Shown piece after piece: positions 40,719 to 53,980 of a stretch of 64,000 nucleotides of DNA; within the stretch, counting starts at the first letter, position 1; each line of letters opens with the position of its first letter. The notes beneath the pieces were generated by a model, which was not told the DNA's origin, did no database searches, and saw only the letters and a program-made list of their open reading frames with translations. The stretch is from the human T2T-CHM13v2.0 reference genome, Homo sapiens: the NCBI RefSeq assembly GCF_009914755.1, contig NC_060935.1; one strand, 5' to 3'. The translations under genes were made by a program, and so were the position numbers.

Positions 40719-43700
40719 CTTCTACATACCACGTTTATTTGAGACAGAAAAATACAGCAAGGACATCCATCTAAACTTTGTCTGGAGTCTGGGCCCAGGG
40801 GAGCTGCAGTACATGGAGGGTCTCTGGAAGTGGGTATGGCAGATTAGCGCCTAAGCTCAACTGGCTTTCCTCCTCTGCCTCTGTTCCTGGGACTTGCTCA
40901 CGGCTCACAAGGTAGCTTCCCACTGTCAGTCCATCAGCAACAGCCAGTTAGAGTCGATTGGGTGTGAGAAGCGAGACTATTCATAAGCAGCCTGTCCCCT
41001 GTGCCACTGGCTTATTAAGCAGAGCTAGGCATAGACAGCTGGGAACTCTGGGCAGCTCCTTTAAATTTCTCTTTGAAGAATGTTAAGTATTCACCAGCAG
41101 TGAAGGTTACAAAGGCTGAAGTTTTCTCTCCACCCCCAGCATTTCCCAGGGGAGTAAAAGGAAGGATCAAAGCTACAATGGGCTTGGCTGCCCTTCTCCA
41201 GGAATGGCCGGAGGACAACTTCTGCTTGGTGAGCAGCCATTTATGCCACCCCGGTGCTGGCAGGTCACCTCTCCTGGGCTGGGGAGCAGGAGTTCAATGA
41301 TTAACTAGAGGAGGCCATCTCTGGAGGACAGAAAGAGTCTTCTGATCTGGTTAGCCATGCAGACCTGAGCCTGGATTTTCCTTCCCACTCCACTTCAAGA
41401 GAGGGGTGGGTTCATTTCCACAGTTCTCCTTCCTGCAGCAGGAAGGGAGAGTAGAAACCCAACTTCCCAGACACCAACTCCATTTCCACACAAAGCAGTA
41501 GAGCCCAGACCTAAGGGTTCTGGAGCCACACAGACCTGGTTTGAGTCCTGGTTCCATCACTTATCTGTTCTGGGACATTGGGCAAGTGCCTTAACCTTCC
41601 CGGGCTACAACTTAGTGGCGGAAATCAGTGGAGTAAAACCTCATTCAGAAAATTTTTTCAAAACTGATGTCATCCTGGGAACAACTTGCAGAATGCTATT
41701 TTTCTTGCACTGAGCAAAAAGAGGTTAGTTACACTAGGTGTCATCCCGGGGAATCAGGTCTCATCACAGGGCCCACACCATCTGAGACCTTTTCAGATCC
41801 TCTAAGATGCTGAGACAAGAAGCCATCTGGTCTTGGAGGGAATGGAGATGGTAAGAGCATTGTCAATGACATGGAAGTCTGAGAAGTGTCCTATTCATGC
41901 CTTTGGAAAAGACTTCTCTGCCTGTCTGGTTTTTATGCTCTCCCCACACTTTAGGAGAAAATAATGGTTTTGCTGACTTCATCTGGTCACCTCTGCAAAT
42001 GCCCCCAACCCCTGTTATTTTGTGTCTGCTGTGTACCAGATTCTCTGCTAGACTGCCTACATGCACTATCTCATTTCATCTCCATAACCAAACCAATGGA
42101 GTAGGTATTATTATCCCATTTTATACATGAGAAAACTAAGATTCAGATAGATTGAGTCAACTGCCCAAGGCAGTAAGTTAGAGCACCATAATTCAAACCT
42201 AACTCCGTGTAATTCCACAGCCTATTCCATAGCCTGTGTTTTCTTCCCCTAGGAAAGTTCCTGGATACTTCTGGAACAGAATTCTCCTGGGGTGAGTGGT
42301 TCACACAACTGACCCACTTCATCCCCACTCAGCAAAATGAGAGCGCCGTTGACTGACAACAAAATGCTGAACTGGAAACCTCCGCAGTAAAACGTGATGC
42401 AGAACAGAGAAAGAACTAAGATGTTCTGCACAGACGGTATCATGCCCTCTATGAGGAAACTACTCCAGCATATCTGTGTTTCAAATGATGTCTTTGAACT
42501 ATTTATGTTAAATGCCCCCCCAAAAAAATGGAAAGGCTTCTTCGTAGAGGAAAGAGCTTGAAGTTGCTAGGCTGTTCTGCCTTCAACAGGCATTTATTGT
42601 GCAGCTACAAAATGCTGCACCAAGCACTGGGCAGTGGAAAGGTGATTCAGACACAGTTCCTTTGACAAAACCTCAAAATCCCATGTGAAGTTCTCTTTTA
42701 TAAAGTAAATCAGAAAAGATTCAAAAGTTGAGGTACCAAAAAAAAATAATATAAATGCAAGTAGTAAAGCGCTATTGACTGTAAATAGAAGCACTTAATA
42801 AGTGGTTGTTGTTTCTGTTCTTCTCTCTAATAAGTGTATACAGGTGGCTAAATGCTTTTGTTGAGCTATGAGTACCTCATTCTGTGGAGTGACTCAGAAA
42901 GTCTCTAGGTGTTAGACTGGAAACAGGTGATGTTCAGTGCACGCAATGCTTGAAGTGTTCCCAGGTATTTAGTTTCAGGTAAATTTTACTGTTTAAAATA
43001 ATTGTTTTTACTTGCTATTAAGTGTGTTGACCTTGGATAATTTACTTAACCTCTCTATGCCTTGCTTCCTTTTCTGCAAAATGAGAGTAAGAAAAGTGCT
43101 TACCTCATTGGCTTTTTGTGAAATTCAATGAGTTAACACGTGGGAGAAAAGATGTTTTTAAATAATCAATTCTTAGCAGTTGGTCATTGTTATGAGTTAC
43201 ATCATGCGTAGTTAAATATTTTTTAAAAAATTAAAATTTATTTTCCTATAGGAAAAAGGAGGGACTGAATTGTGAATCCATTTTCTCTGCTTTCAGTTAT
43301 TTCTACTCCTGAGAAAAACCCTAAGCACTTAGGGTCTAGAACCACATCCCGAGACGGTGAGCTCTTCCCACATTTTCACATGTGCCTGAATCATTTGTAG
43401 GTCTCGTTCAAGCAGAGAATCTCCGGGATTCTCACTCGGGAGGTCTGGGGTCGGGCCTGAGTCCTTGCATTTCTAACAAACTCCCAGTTGATGCTGGTGC
43501 CACTGGTTCTGAATTAAGATGCTTGTTTACCTAGTGACAGCAACAAAAATTGTAGCAATGGTATCCAGAAATAAACAGCATACTTTTATAGGGCTAGTCA
43601 AATGAACCCAAACATACAAAATAAAGGCAAACCTCACAATCTTCTTGCAATGATTTATTACTCTGAGAGCTCATTTTAGGTGAGATTGTCTCCCTCCGGA

Positions 43701-43947
43701 GCCTGATTCCTAAAAGCTTTCTATGACTTTGAAATTATCGTTTTCCTTTTGGAGGTAGCACAATATAAGAGCTAAGAAGAGAATGAGAACTGGAGTCCCT
43801 CCCAGGTTTGCCCCTCTAGGTATGTAAGCTAAGGTAAACTACTTAGCCTTTCTTAAGCCTCAGTTTTCTCATTACAAATGGGCATATACGGAACATTGGC
43901 TTGCCTCCTACAGTTCTTTGAGGACTCAATGAAAATGTACGTGAAGC

Positions 43948-44377
<430 letters not shown>

Positions 44378-45458
44378 TTATCCTGGTGCCGGTGCCTGGT
44401 ACGTATCAAGGGCACCAGAACATTAGCTATTTAACCTTAAGGTTTCAAATCCACCCTTCTCTGGAGACTTCTTGTTCCCTACTCTCATGCATCTCTGCAT
44501 CATGGTCATAACCCATAGCAACGAAAAGCCAAGGTTTCACTCTTTGAAATCTGGATAATGGTATTTGTCTGCAATAATATCCTAGGAGTAGAGCTAGAGA
44601 ATTTGTTTTGGGTTTTGTTTGTTTTTGTTCATTTTTCAGACACGGTGAGTCAGAAACGTAAGGCTCAGAGATATTTTTAGTTTTTCCAGCCACTAAGAAT
44701 TCTTGTTGCCTGCAGGGAAATAAAGAAATGCAGAGAAGGGGGAGTGCTAGACTTGCCTGCTTGCTATCCAAAACCACTTCTTTCCTTTGAAAAAGGGTCT
44801 GTGCAGCCAAAACAAGCAGCGCTAACGCTGGGCTGAGAGTAGGCACCAGCCATCCAGGAAAGAGACAAGGCAACCATCAGCTACAAAAGCTGCTTCAACA
44901 GCAGACAGCTCAAAGAATCAAAAAATGCATCCCAGGAGGGCTGGGTGAGGAAAGACAGTGATCTTGCCTTGGTATTTGCAGCAAAGTCACAGACCAGGAA
45001 GGTCAAATCCTCGCTGAGAACCATGTGGACAAATGTCCAGGACATGGTCGCTGGCCTCAGGGAGCCCACAATTTTATTGAAGAAGCAAGATTGTCAGAAG
45101 TAAGGACCAAAACTCGTGTATACAGAGAAAGGAGAAAGATTGAGAGGAAAGAAGAGGAGAATCAAGGAGGCAGAGGTTAAAAGAAGGAAGGGATAGAAAA
45201 GAAAAGAAAAAGAAAGAGGGAAGGAGAGAAGGGGAAAAGTACGGACTCCGTTTCGTGACTACATCACAAGCATTGATGAAAAGAAGAGAAATCTGTGAAA
45301 ACGAGAAAGCAGGCACTGTATGTTGCATCCTGACACACAGTGAGTTGTTTAAAGTGAGGAAACAACTCACTTTAAAAGCCACAAAGAAGAGACACTCACC
45401 CAGAGACAGACTTGATGGATTTGGCAGCTTATCATACTGGGAAGGGCAGAATTGGGTT

Positions 45459-45831
45459 ATGCTATGTTTTCAATGGGTCCCCTCCAAAAGTCAGCCAATG
45501 TGATAGTATTAAGAGATGAGGCCTTTAAGAGGTGATTAGGCCATGAGAGCTCCTTCCTCGGGCTTGGAATTAAGTGTCCTTATACAGAGGTTTGGCACAA
45601 GGAGTTGGCCCCCACTTGCCCTTCCGTGTTCAGCCATGAGGACACAGTGTTCCTTCTCTCTGGAGGATGCAGCGTGAGGGCGCCATCTTGGAAGCACAGA
45701 GCAGCCATCACCAGACACCAAACCTGCTGGTGCCTTGATCTTCCCAGCCTCCAGAACTGTGAGAAATTTCTGTTCTTTACAAATTGCCTAGTCTCGGGAA
45801 TTCTGTTATAGCAGAACAAAAGGACTAAGAT
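45459..45831 (+). mobile_element. MST-type MaLR solo LTR
   Basis: tgctatg... start, gccatcttggaagc, ccagcctccagaactgtgaga, ...ggactaaga end. Confidence 0.85.
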
Positions 45832-46953
45832 AAGTTACCTTTTCTTAAAGGAAAACTTTGATAAATATTCTTTGTCCTCTATTCCTTTCACCTATACCCC
45901 ATGAAGCTGGGAGGATAAGGGGAGTAAGAGGAGGAGCTGAAACTAAGAGGTCAGCAGACCCTAAGCCCTAGTTGGAAGCCTCCAAAACTGTCAATCAAAC
46001 CACTGTGTCTCCAGCCCTGGGCCTGACTCAGGAAACCATCACCTGCCTCTTCTCCAGCCTCTTCTCTCCATCCTTGCTTGTGAAGTAGTCATGGAATACT
46101 CTCCATACTCTTTTTCCCCCCTTTCCTTCCCTCTTTTTCTTTTGTTTTCTCTCCCTTCCTTCCTTTATCCTCCTCTGCCTCCTTGATTTTCCTCTTCATC
46201 TTTCTTCTCAACCTTTCTCCTTTCTTTTTATACCCTAGTTTTATTCCTTACCTCTGACAATCTTGCTTCTTTGACAAAACATTAAACTGAGATCTCAGAC
46301 TGGCATGCAACCTGATTAGTAGAAACCTGCTCTTCCTGGCCTAGTGCAGTTCATCATGCAGCCTCTCTTCCTCTTCCCCTGGCACCTCACAGCAGTCAGC
46401 ATCCATGTGCTCCTGCTAACAAGTGCAAGGCCAAATGAAGAAAACACTAAGAATGCATTCACAAAAGTGACAGCATCTCCTCTAGCCACTTTGAATTTTC
46501 CCCTCATTTACTGAGGAAAATAAAATTCCTATTTGATCTACAGGTCTGCCACCTCTAAGGAGTCGTTCCATTTTCTGAAACCCAGAATTAACCAGAACTA
46601 CAATCCCCACTGTCACCCAATTTTGTGTTGTGTTCAGAGATGTTGGCTGGTCAGCCAGGTTTTTGAGAATAAAGCTGACTTCAGGTTGAAATAGTCAAAA
46701 TCAAAACCTTGGGCCCTTTGGACAATTCCCTAGGGACTCTTCATAAAGCCCAATAAAGGTCTCCATAGAAACACCTTGCAGCCCATTTATGAGCTTTTTT
46801 AGCAATAGCTGTCCAGAAAACTTTTACACCCCCCTGAAATAGTCAATCTACCCCATCTGCTCCATGACAACAGAAAAATGGTGCCTCATATCACTAGCCA
46901 GCATCTCGTAACACATCAGGGTTTTGGCCTGAGATTGTTCTCTGAGATACACT

Positions 46954-49900
46954 ATGCAAATATCCAGCTGGTATCACCAGACAACAGGAATTTAGTTGGG
47001 AAAGGCACAAGGATTGGGAAGTCTGAGGACGGGCTCAAGGTCTCCAACTGGACAGCCAGCTCAGGACTCCTTTGTCAGGGTCCCTGGGGACCTGGCTGAG
47101 GTTTTCAACAGGTAGGGCTTGATCCTAGTGCAACACCTTGTTCTTACCCTGGGTCTCTTAGATGAGTGATCTTGGCCAAATCACTTAAGTGATCTCAGAT
47201 TGTTTGCTCATCATGATAATAATCGTAATATTGCCAACCTCACATGGCTGTTGCGAGTGCCCAGAGAAAGAAAAGGTAAAGGAATGTGGCCCTCCTCACA
47301 TGAGAAAGGAGACTAACAGAAATTAAGGAGCTTGCCCAAGTTCACACAGGAGGCAAGCTGTGGTTTAAATCTAAGTGTATCTGACACATATTGTGTTCTG
47401 TTTCTACTAAGCTCTAGATATAAGATAAAAAATATTATGCTTATTTGCATATTGTTATGCATAATGTCCAAATGTATGCTTCATTTGCACATATGATTGC
47501 TACTGTCTCTCATCTGGGATGTAGTTCCCAGCTGGGTAATACATTTGAGCTAAACTCTCCTCAAGCCCAGCTTCAGCCCAGCAGAGAATTTTTAGGGGCG
47601 AAGTCTCATCACAACACATAGCCCTTCTGAGCAATCAGGTGAAGCATAGAGTTCCAAAAAGCCCAAACTTCACTCAAATTTCCTCTCGTAGCTCAGGATG
47701 GGAAGCTGGGGCTCTTCCAAGGGTAAGCAAGCCAGGTATCATGGCAGCTTCACACCACATTTTTGTATTCATTCTTGACCACTCCCCACCATCCCCAACC
47801 CTGCTGCCTGTGCCCTTTTCTAAAGCTCAAGACTCTCAATATTCCAGAAACAGCTAATACCATTAAAAATAGTAATTAATTTTGTGGAACACCTACCAAG
47901 GTAAGTCAGCCTCTTTATGATATTTAATATTCAACATGAAACTAAAAGTAGGGGTTTTTTAACCATTCCCATTTTATGGTCAAGGAAATGGAGGCCTGGA
48001 GAGATGAGGTGGCCCACCCAGGGTCATACAACTAAGAAAGGTAGAACAGGATTCAAATCTAGGTCCTCTTACACCAGACCCAGTGCCTGTCCCAGGGTGC
48101 CGTCAGTCCCATTGCTGCTGGAGGGCAGCATGAGTAGCACACCATCCTGCCAGCCGCCCTCTAGCCAGGGCAGACTCTCAAAATGCAAAACTTGCCAGAC
48201 AGGCAGGAATGCAAATGCACACACAGCCTGAAGTAGATCTGCCCTGACAGAAGTCACCCAGGTGGCCACTTGGCCATGGAATGTGCCCAGCTTGATAAGA
48301 AGGCAAATGCCTGGCGTCTTGCGGGGCCAGGGTGCATATCAGGTTTCATTTCTGGGCTGTGGCAAGGCAGAAGCCGTATGTGGTCTTTGCCTGCCAGGAC
48401 TGGCTGGCCCTGATGCCCACGGCCTGCCAGGCATGACAAGCCCAGCAGTCTTCCCTAACGGGGCCTTCTCTTGCCCCAAGCAACAGTCCTAATGTCTTCC
48501 AAGTTGGGCACAGTTCCACAGCCCCATAAAGCTGCAAGCCAAGGAATGCAGCTCCCTTTTACTTCTGCCTTTCTGAACTCTACCCTTCTTTCAAGGTCAG
48601 CTCAAGCCTGCCCCCCACATTACAGGTTAGGTTCAAATGCCAATTCTAGCTGTATGGCCTTGGATGACTCATTTAACATCTCTTAGTGCCCTTTTGTGAA
48701 TAAAATGGGCGTAAAAATGTCCACTCCCCAGGGCTATGGTAAGGATTGAGAGGCCCAGTGAAACTTCGCACATAGTATATGCACAGTAAATGGTAGGCAG
48801 CCCCCACTTCTCATAGTGACCTCTCTTCCCTGCATTTCAGTTTCTCTTATCACCCGCCTAATTCAACTTAGCATTTTATTAAACACTGACTCACATCTGT
48901 TTAGCTCATCATTTTCCATTCATGTGTAAGTCTCGTCTTTCTCTGATCTTCTTAGAACCAAGAACCAGGCTGTTCTTTCTCTCATTTCGCCATGGACCAC
49001 TAAGCACAGTTTGGAATCGTCACATGACTTATCAGTTGCTGCTGGTGGGTTGGAGCTCCTAAGTATATTGATAATACAGATTGAATATCCTTAATCCAAA
49101 AATCCAAAATCCAAAGTTCTCCAAAATCTGAAACGTTTTTAAGCACCAACATGATAATCAAAGAAAATGCTCATTATCACATTTCAAATTTCAGATTTTT
49201 GGATTAGGGATGCTCAAAAGGTAAGTATAATGCAAATGCTCCAAAATCTGAAAAAATCTGAAATTTAGAACATGGCTTATCCCAGGTATTTTGGATAAAG
49301 GATATTCAACATGTACTACTAAACATTCTGTAAGAGTTTTTAAGTGTTATATTGCTGTTCTGTGTGATTTACATAATTATGTTTTTAATCCTGGCAAAGT
49401 GAAATAGGTGCTGTTTTTATATCCATCCTAGAAGTAACCAAGTCTTAGGGTGGTGAATTAAAGCGTCCCTAGTCACAAGGACTGAAAATGGAAAAAGTCC
49501 GAATTTAAATCCACATTACTTCAACTCTAAAGATCATGCTTTTAACCATTATCTTAATCCCAGTAATGTAGTCAGGGCCATTCCCCTATTGGAACAGAGC
49601 GTCCCACAAAAAAAGAAAAGCACACAAAAAGTTAGAGAAAAAAAGGAAAGTTAGACAAGGAAACACCAAAACAAGCCCCAGGGAAGGCCCAGAGTTGGCT
49701 GGCAGCTTCGTCTTTGATCTAAGACTGACCCAACCATCACCCAAGCAACAGCCCCCGGTTTATTCCTGCTAAACACACTCACAGAAAACATGTCATATTC
49801 AAAAGCAGGAAAATAAAATTTCTTCTTAGAGTGTTCTTAAATGTTACCCTCTTCAACACCACAGCCTAGAAAGACCACCAGATGAGAGAGACCTAAATGA

Positions 49901-50028
49901 TTTCTATAGGAAAAAAAATCAACTTGCTTCTGAGTTATCTGCTTCATGGCAGGAACTACCAAGAAAGTGCTGGCTTCAGAGTGCTAATTCCACCTGTCTG
50001 TTACACCTCAAATTAAAACCATTTGCAT
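46954..50028. promoter_or_regulatory. Cluster of five perfect octamer motifs (ATGCAAAT/ATTTGCAT); candidate POU enhancer
   Basis: Sites at 46954, 47443, 48209, 49230 and 50021. Confidence 0.4.
49077..49313. mobile_element. Tigger4a/MER46-type MITE
   Basis: TIRs cagattgaatatcctt / aaggatattcaacatg, TA flanks, ~237 bp. Confidence 0.85.
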
Positions 50029-50429
50029 ATTGCTAGAGGGCTTTGAGATTTAGAAATCATGTGCCGTAACTTGAAAGCCAAAAAAAATCTATCAAAGCAA
50101 GCCAGGACTCGTTCCCAGGAGATATAACTGAAATTTACAAGAATCTACCCCAGTGGTTCTGGGTACTTTCCTAGCAGAGACTGTTGCTGCCTTCTGGGTC
50201 TCAGCCCAGTCTGGCCTCTCCTCTCAAGGCTACTTGGAAGGGGAACCTGGCTAGGCTTCGTCAGTCACTCCAGCTCCAAGCATGGGGCCAGCTCCAGGGT
50301 GCTTTGGGTCCTTCCTGATGCTTTTAGACTCAAGGAAGACAAAGTAGATGATCAGAGAAGGTGGCCTCAGAACCAATGTCTTAATCAGACAAGGAGCAAT
50401 TCCAAAGAGAGGTAAAAAAAGAAGAGGAG

Positions 50430-50650
50430 CTCCTGTTCTATGCCAAGCCTTTTGACAAATGTGGGCACCTTTAACTGAACCACCCACAAGCTCTGAGACC
50501 AGTATTATTATCCTCATTTTACAGATGAAGAAACTGAGGTGTAGAGAGGTAAAGTGATTTGACCAGGGTCATCAGGTTAGTAAATGGAGTCAGGGTTTGA
50601 GCCCAGGTTGACTGGGCCAGAGTTCACTTCATGACACTTGGCTGCTTTCC
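50430..50650 (-). mobile_element. MIR (one of many between 41.5 and 58.8 kb)
   Basis: Core cattttacagatgaagaaactgagg; similar cores near 42110, 43030, 47970, 51400, 53160, 54090, 56370 and 58750. Confidence 0.8.
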
Positions 50651-53309
50651 CTCAGTACATCATTCAGGCCTGAGCAGAAGCATTGCCTGCAAAGACCTCA
50701 GCCTGGCAGCTCAATTGCTTTATCCAGGGTCTGAGGACAGATGAGACCATAACTGGGGCAGAGGACCAGGTCTGCAGGCCTCAGGGATCACCGTCTTCCA
50801 TGCCCTTATGATGATGCCTGGTATCTGCCAGCCCAGACAGGGGCTGGGCATATTCCAAGGTCACAGTCCAGGACAAAGTGCACACTTAGAAAGGCCTCTG
50901 AAGCCACCTGTCCCCTGGCTCCCTGCAGGCTGCAGGAACCTGAACTTGAAAGGTCAGCCCTGGGCCCTGTTATCTCTCTCCAGGCTCCTAAGCCTGTTTA
51001 GGTCTTGGCCCCTGTCTGGTCTGGAGACAACACAGAGGAATGCAGGTGGCCGCCCAGCTTCCCCACCACCACCACCAGCCTTCCCCATCACAAACACATA
51101 CAGCACAGGCTCCTTTACTAAAAATCCATCCCTCTGTGGTAGGGAGAGATCTGAGTCTATTAAGTAATAGTAACCAGGACTCTCCATGGCCATGTGCCTC
51201 CATTTTAAAAACAGAAGAGAGCAGGCAGAAGGGAATGAACCAGTGTTGTCAACTTTTTCCCAGGCACCAGTCGTGAATATTTTATCCTTCCCAAGGACTC
51301 AGTAAAATATAGGTATGGTCATAGTAGCCCCATTTTACAAAGGCTGTTCACTATAGTGGTTCAGGGCATAGGCTCTGAAGAAAAGATTACTCGGGTTCAA
51401 ATTTTGGCACCTCTTCTTACTGCTATGTGCCTTTGAGCAAGGAACTTCACCCCTATGTGCCTCAGTTTCCACACTCATCAGATCTTCCCTGACCCCTCCT
51501 CCTGCCCCTCCCTCCCCCTCACCTCTGCTCTCTTTCTCTCCCTCTCCCTCTTCTTCTCCCTTCCCTCCTCTTTCTATGGCCCCATGCTTAGGCCTGCCTC
51601 CTGGGACAAGTCTCCAAAGCACTCTGCCATCAAAACTTACCTTTCTTGGTGTCCCGTTCTCTTACTGCCATTCTTAGAATTCCCATCTTACAGACCCCTT
51701 GTCAGGAAAGCAGACCTGATGAGCTCCAAGAAGCCAAGAAGAGGCTGTTTTGCTTCCCCTCCTGGGTAACTTTTGCGCTGGGTTTCAGCAGGGTTTACAA
51801 GCTGGAGGAAGAGGGATTAGGCCGTAGGCAATCCTTTGACACAGTGGAGTTGGGCATGGAGAGGGATGGAAGTGGGGAGACTGTGGTTTTAAGAAGCCGT
51901 GGACAAGGCTCACCATGAAGATTTCCAAGAAGCAGGCCTGGAAGGCAGGGGCCCCATTGCTTCCTCTTAAGCCAAAGATTGCCAACAGTGCCCTCATCTA
52001 CCAGGCCCAGGAGAAGACCACGACTCCTCAGGAGAGATGGGCTCAGCCCTGGTACTTGGGGACTATAAATGTTCTCAGGATTACCTTTGCTTGGATTTTC
52101 ACAAGGGCCTTTGCCTCCCCGGCCAACCTCTGTCCCACAATCAGAGTTGGCACTTGGAGCAGGGCATCCTTCACAGGTCTGTCTGGTACTTGTTGCTTCC
52201 CATTATGGTCAGGGAGGGGCCCTCTCCTGCTAAGAGACCATGGGTTAATTCTGGAGTCTTATATATCAGTCTCTTAACCTTCCCAACAAAACTGCCTGAG
52301 CCACAGAGAAACATGGACACTTGCCCAAGGCTGTGCTGCAAATAGATTTGAACTCAGATTCACCTCCAGGAACCATCATCCACTTCTATTAATTATGAGC
52401 AGTAAATTAGATAGTAACAAAGTAATGCAGCTGAAATGTAATTAGCCCATTGTCTGGAACACTTTCAGTGCTCCATAAGCATTAGCTTTTCTTATAGATA
52501 TAATTATCATCCAGTTTTTACAAAGTACTGAGACTTTGAGAGCTTCCGCAATTTTCTCAAGGTTACTCATACCAAGTCAAAGTCAGAGCCAAGATGACTA
52601 TGCCATGCTGATAGCAGGAAAATAAACGTACCAGATGAAAGCATTATTCCTTTCCTGGCATTGCCTTAATGGCCTAAAACCCTGTGCATTTGCCACACAG
52701 AATGTTAAAGGGGTTCGGGTTTAAAAGTTAGAGTAGTTCAAAGGCAAAAACATAAAAAGAATTTCTTGTGAATTTATAATTTTCATAAAAAGGTAATGAA
52801 TATCCATGCTGTCCATGTATTCTGCCTCCCGTAGGCTGGACTGAAGATAACTCAAGGTCAATGTCATGGCTTGTGGCTTATCGTTCTGCTCTGAATTTGG
52901 CTGGGTATCAAAGCCCTGCCATCCAAACCTCCCTCCAGAGGATAACACCTGAGTCTATCCCAGGTGTAGGCTTGCTGTCCCTAAAGATTTTCCAGGGAAG
53001 ACAGCCCAACCCTTCCCTGTCTTCATTTTCTCCCCGCCTAGCTAATGATTGTTGTTGTCAAGTGCTTTGTATGAACATGGCCATATGCTATAAGCTGCTC
53101 AAAAATCATCTCAACTAATCCTCACAATGGCCCTCTGAGTTATTGAGATTGTGGTCTCTATTTTGCAGGTGTAAACACTGAGGCCCATAGAGGTCATCAC
53201 CTGCCCAACTGGACAGCTGTGAAGCCACAGCTCACACCACTTGCTGCATCCTCCTGCAATTTCAGCACACTTTCTCTTGTGCTGCTCTCCCTGGAAAGAC
53301 AGTGCTTTT

Positions 53310-53980
53310 CCCCAACACGTATGTAACAATTCTTACAAAGCTATTGATTAGTGAAGCCACTTTAGAGGATCATTTGTCAATGTCTATAAAAATTAAAAAT
53401 TTGCATACTCTATCACACAGCAATTCCACCGGCATCGCCCTAGAAAAATACTCACAAAGAACACGGGGAGCTATGTCTAAGGATCTTCAATGAAGTATTG
53501 TTATAATGGACATTTAGTTACAACTTAAATGTTCACCAACTGGGTGAACATTTCCACTGACTGGGGAATGACCAGAAACAGAAAACAGAGAACTATGCTG
53601 TATAACCATCACATGAAATTCTGGGCAGCGGTAGAAAGGAATGAATGAATCTGCTCATGCTTACATGAAAAGAGACATATTGTGAAGTGAAGGAAGTTTC
53701 AGAATGAAGTTTACAAGTATGATTCCACATGTTACAGAACAACAAGAGATGTGGGTGTTTTGTATGCAGACATATACATGTATGTAAACGTATAGGAAAA
53801 GGTCTGAAATTACGCAAGCCAAACTGATAACAAAATTACCCATTGAGAAGGGGAAAGTGGTAGAAAAGAGAGAATGCTGATCAAGGGGATTCTAGCCTTA
53901 TCTGAGCTGTTTGAATTGTTTCACAAGAATAATGTATTCATGTGTTACTTGTGTGCTTATAATAAATCTAAAATAAGTTT
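53310..53980 (+). mobile_element. Ancient L1M 3' fragment
   Basis: Degenerate ORF2 C-terminus and 3' UTR similarity. Confidence 0.6.

Noticed and set aside
45110-46250. Purine-rich and pyrimidine-rich tracts flanking the MST LTR as a possible inverted repeat
   Set aside because: Low-complexity only; no specific complementary alignment seen.
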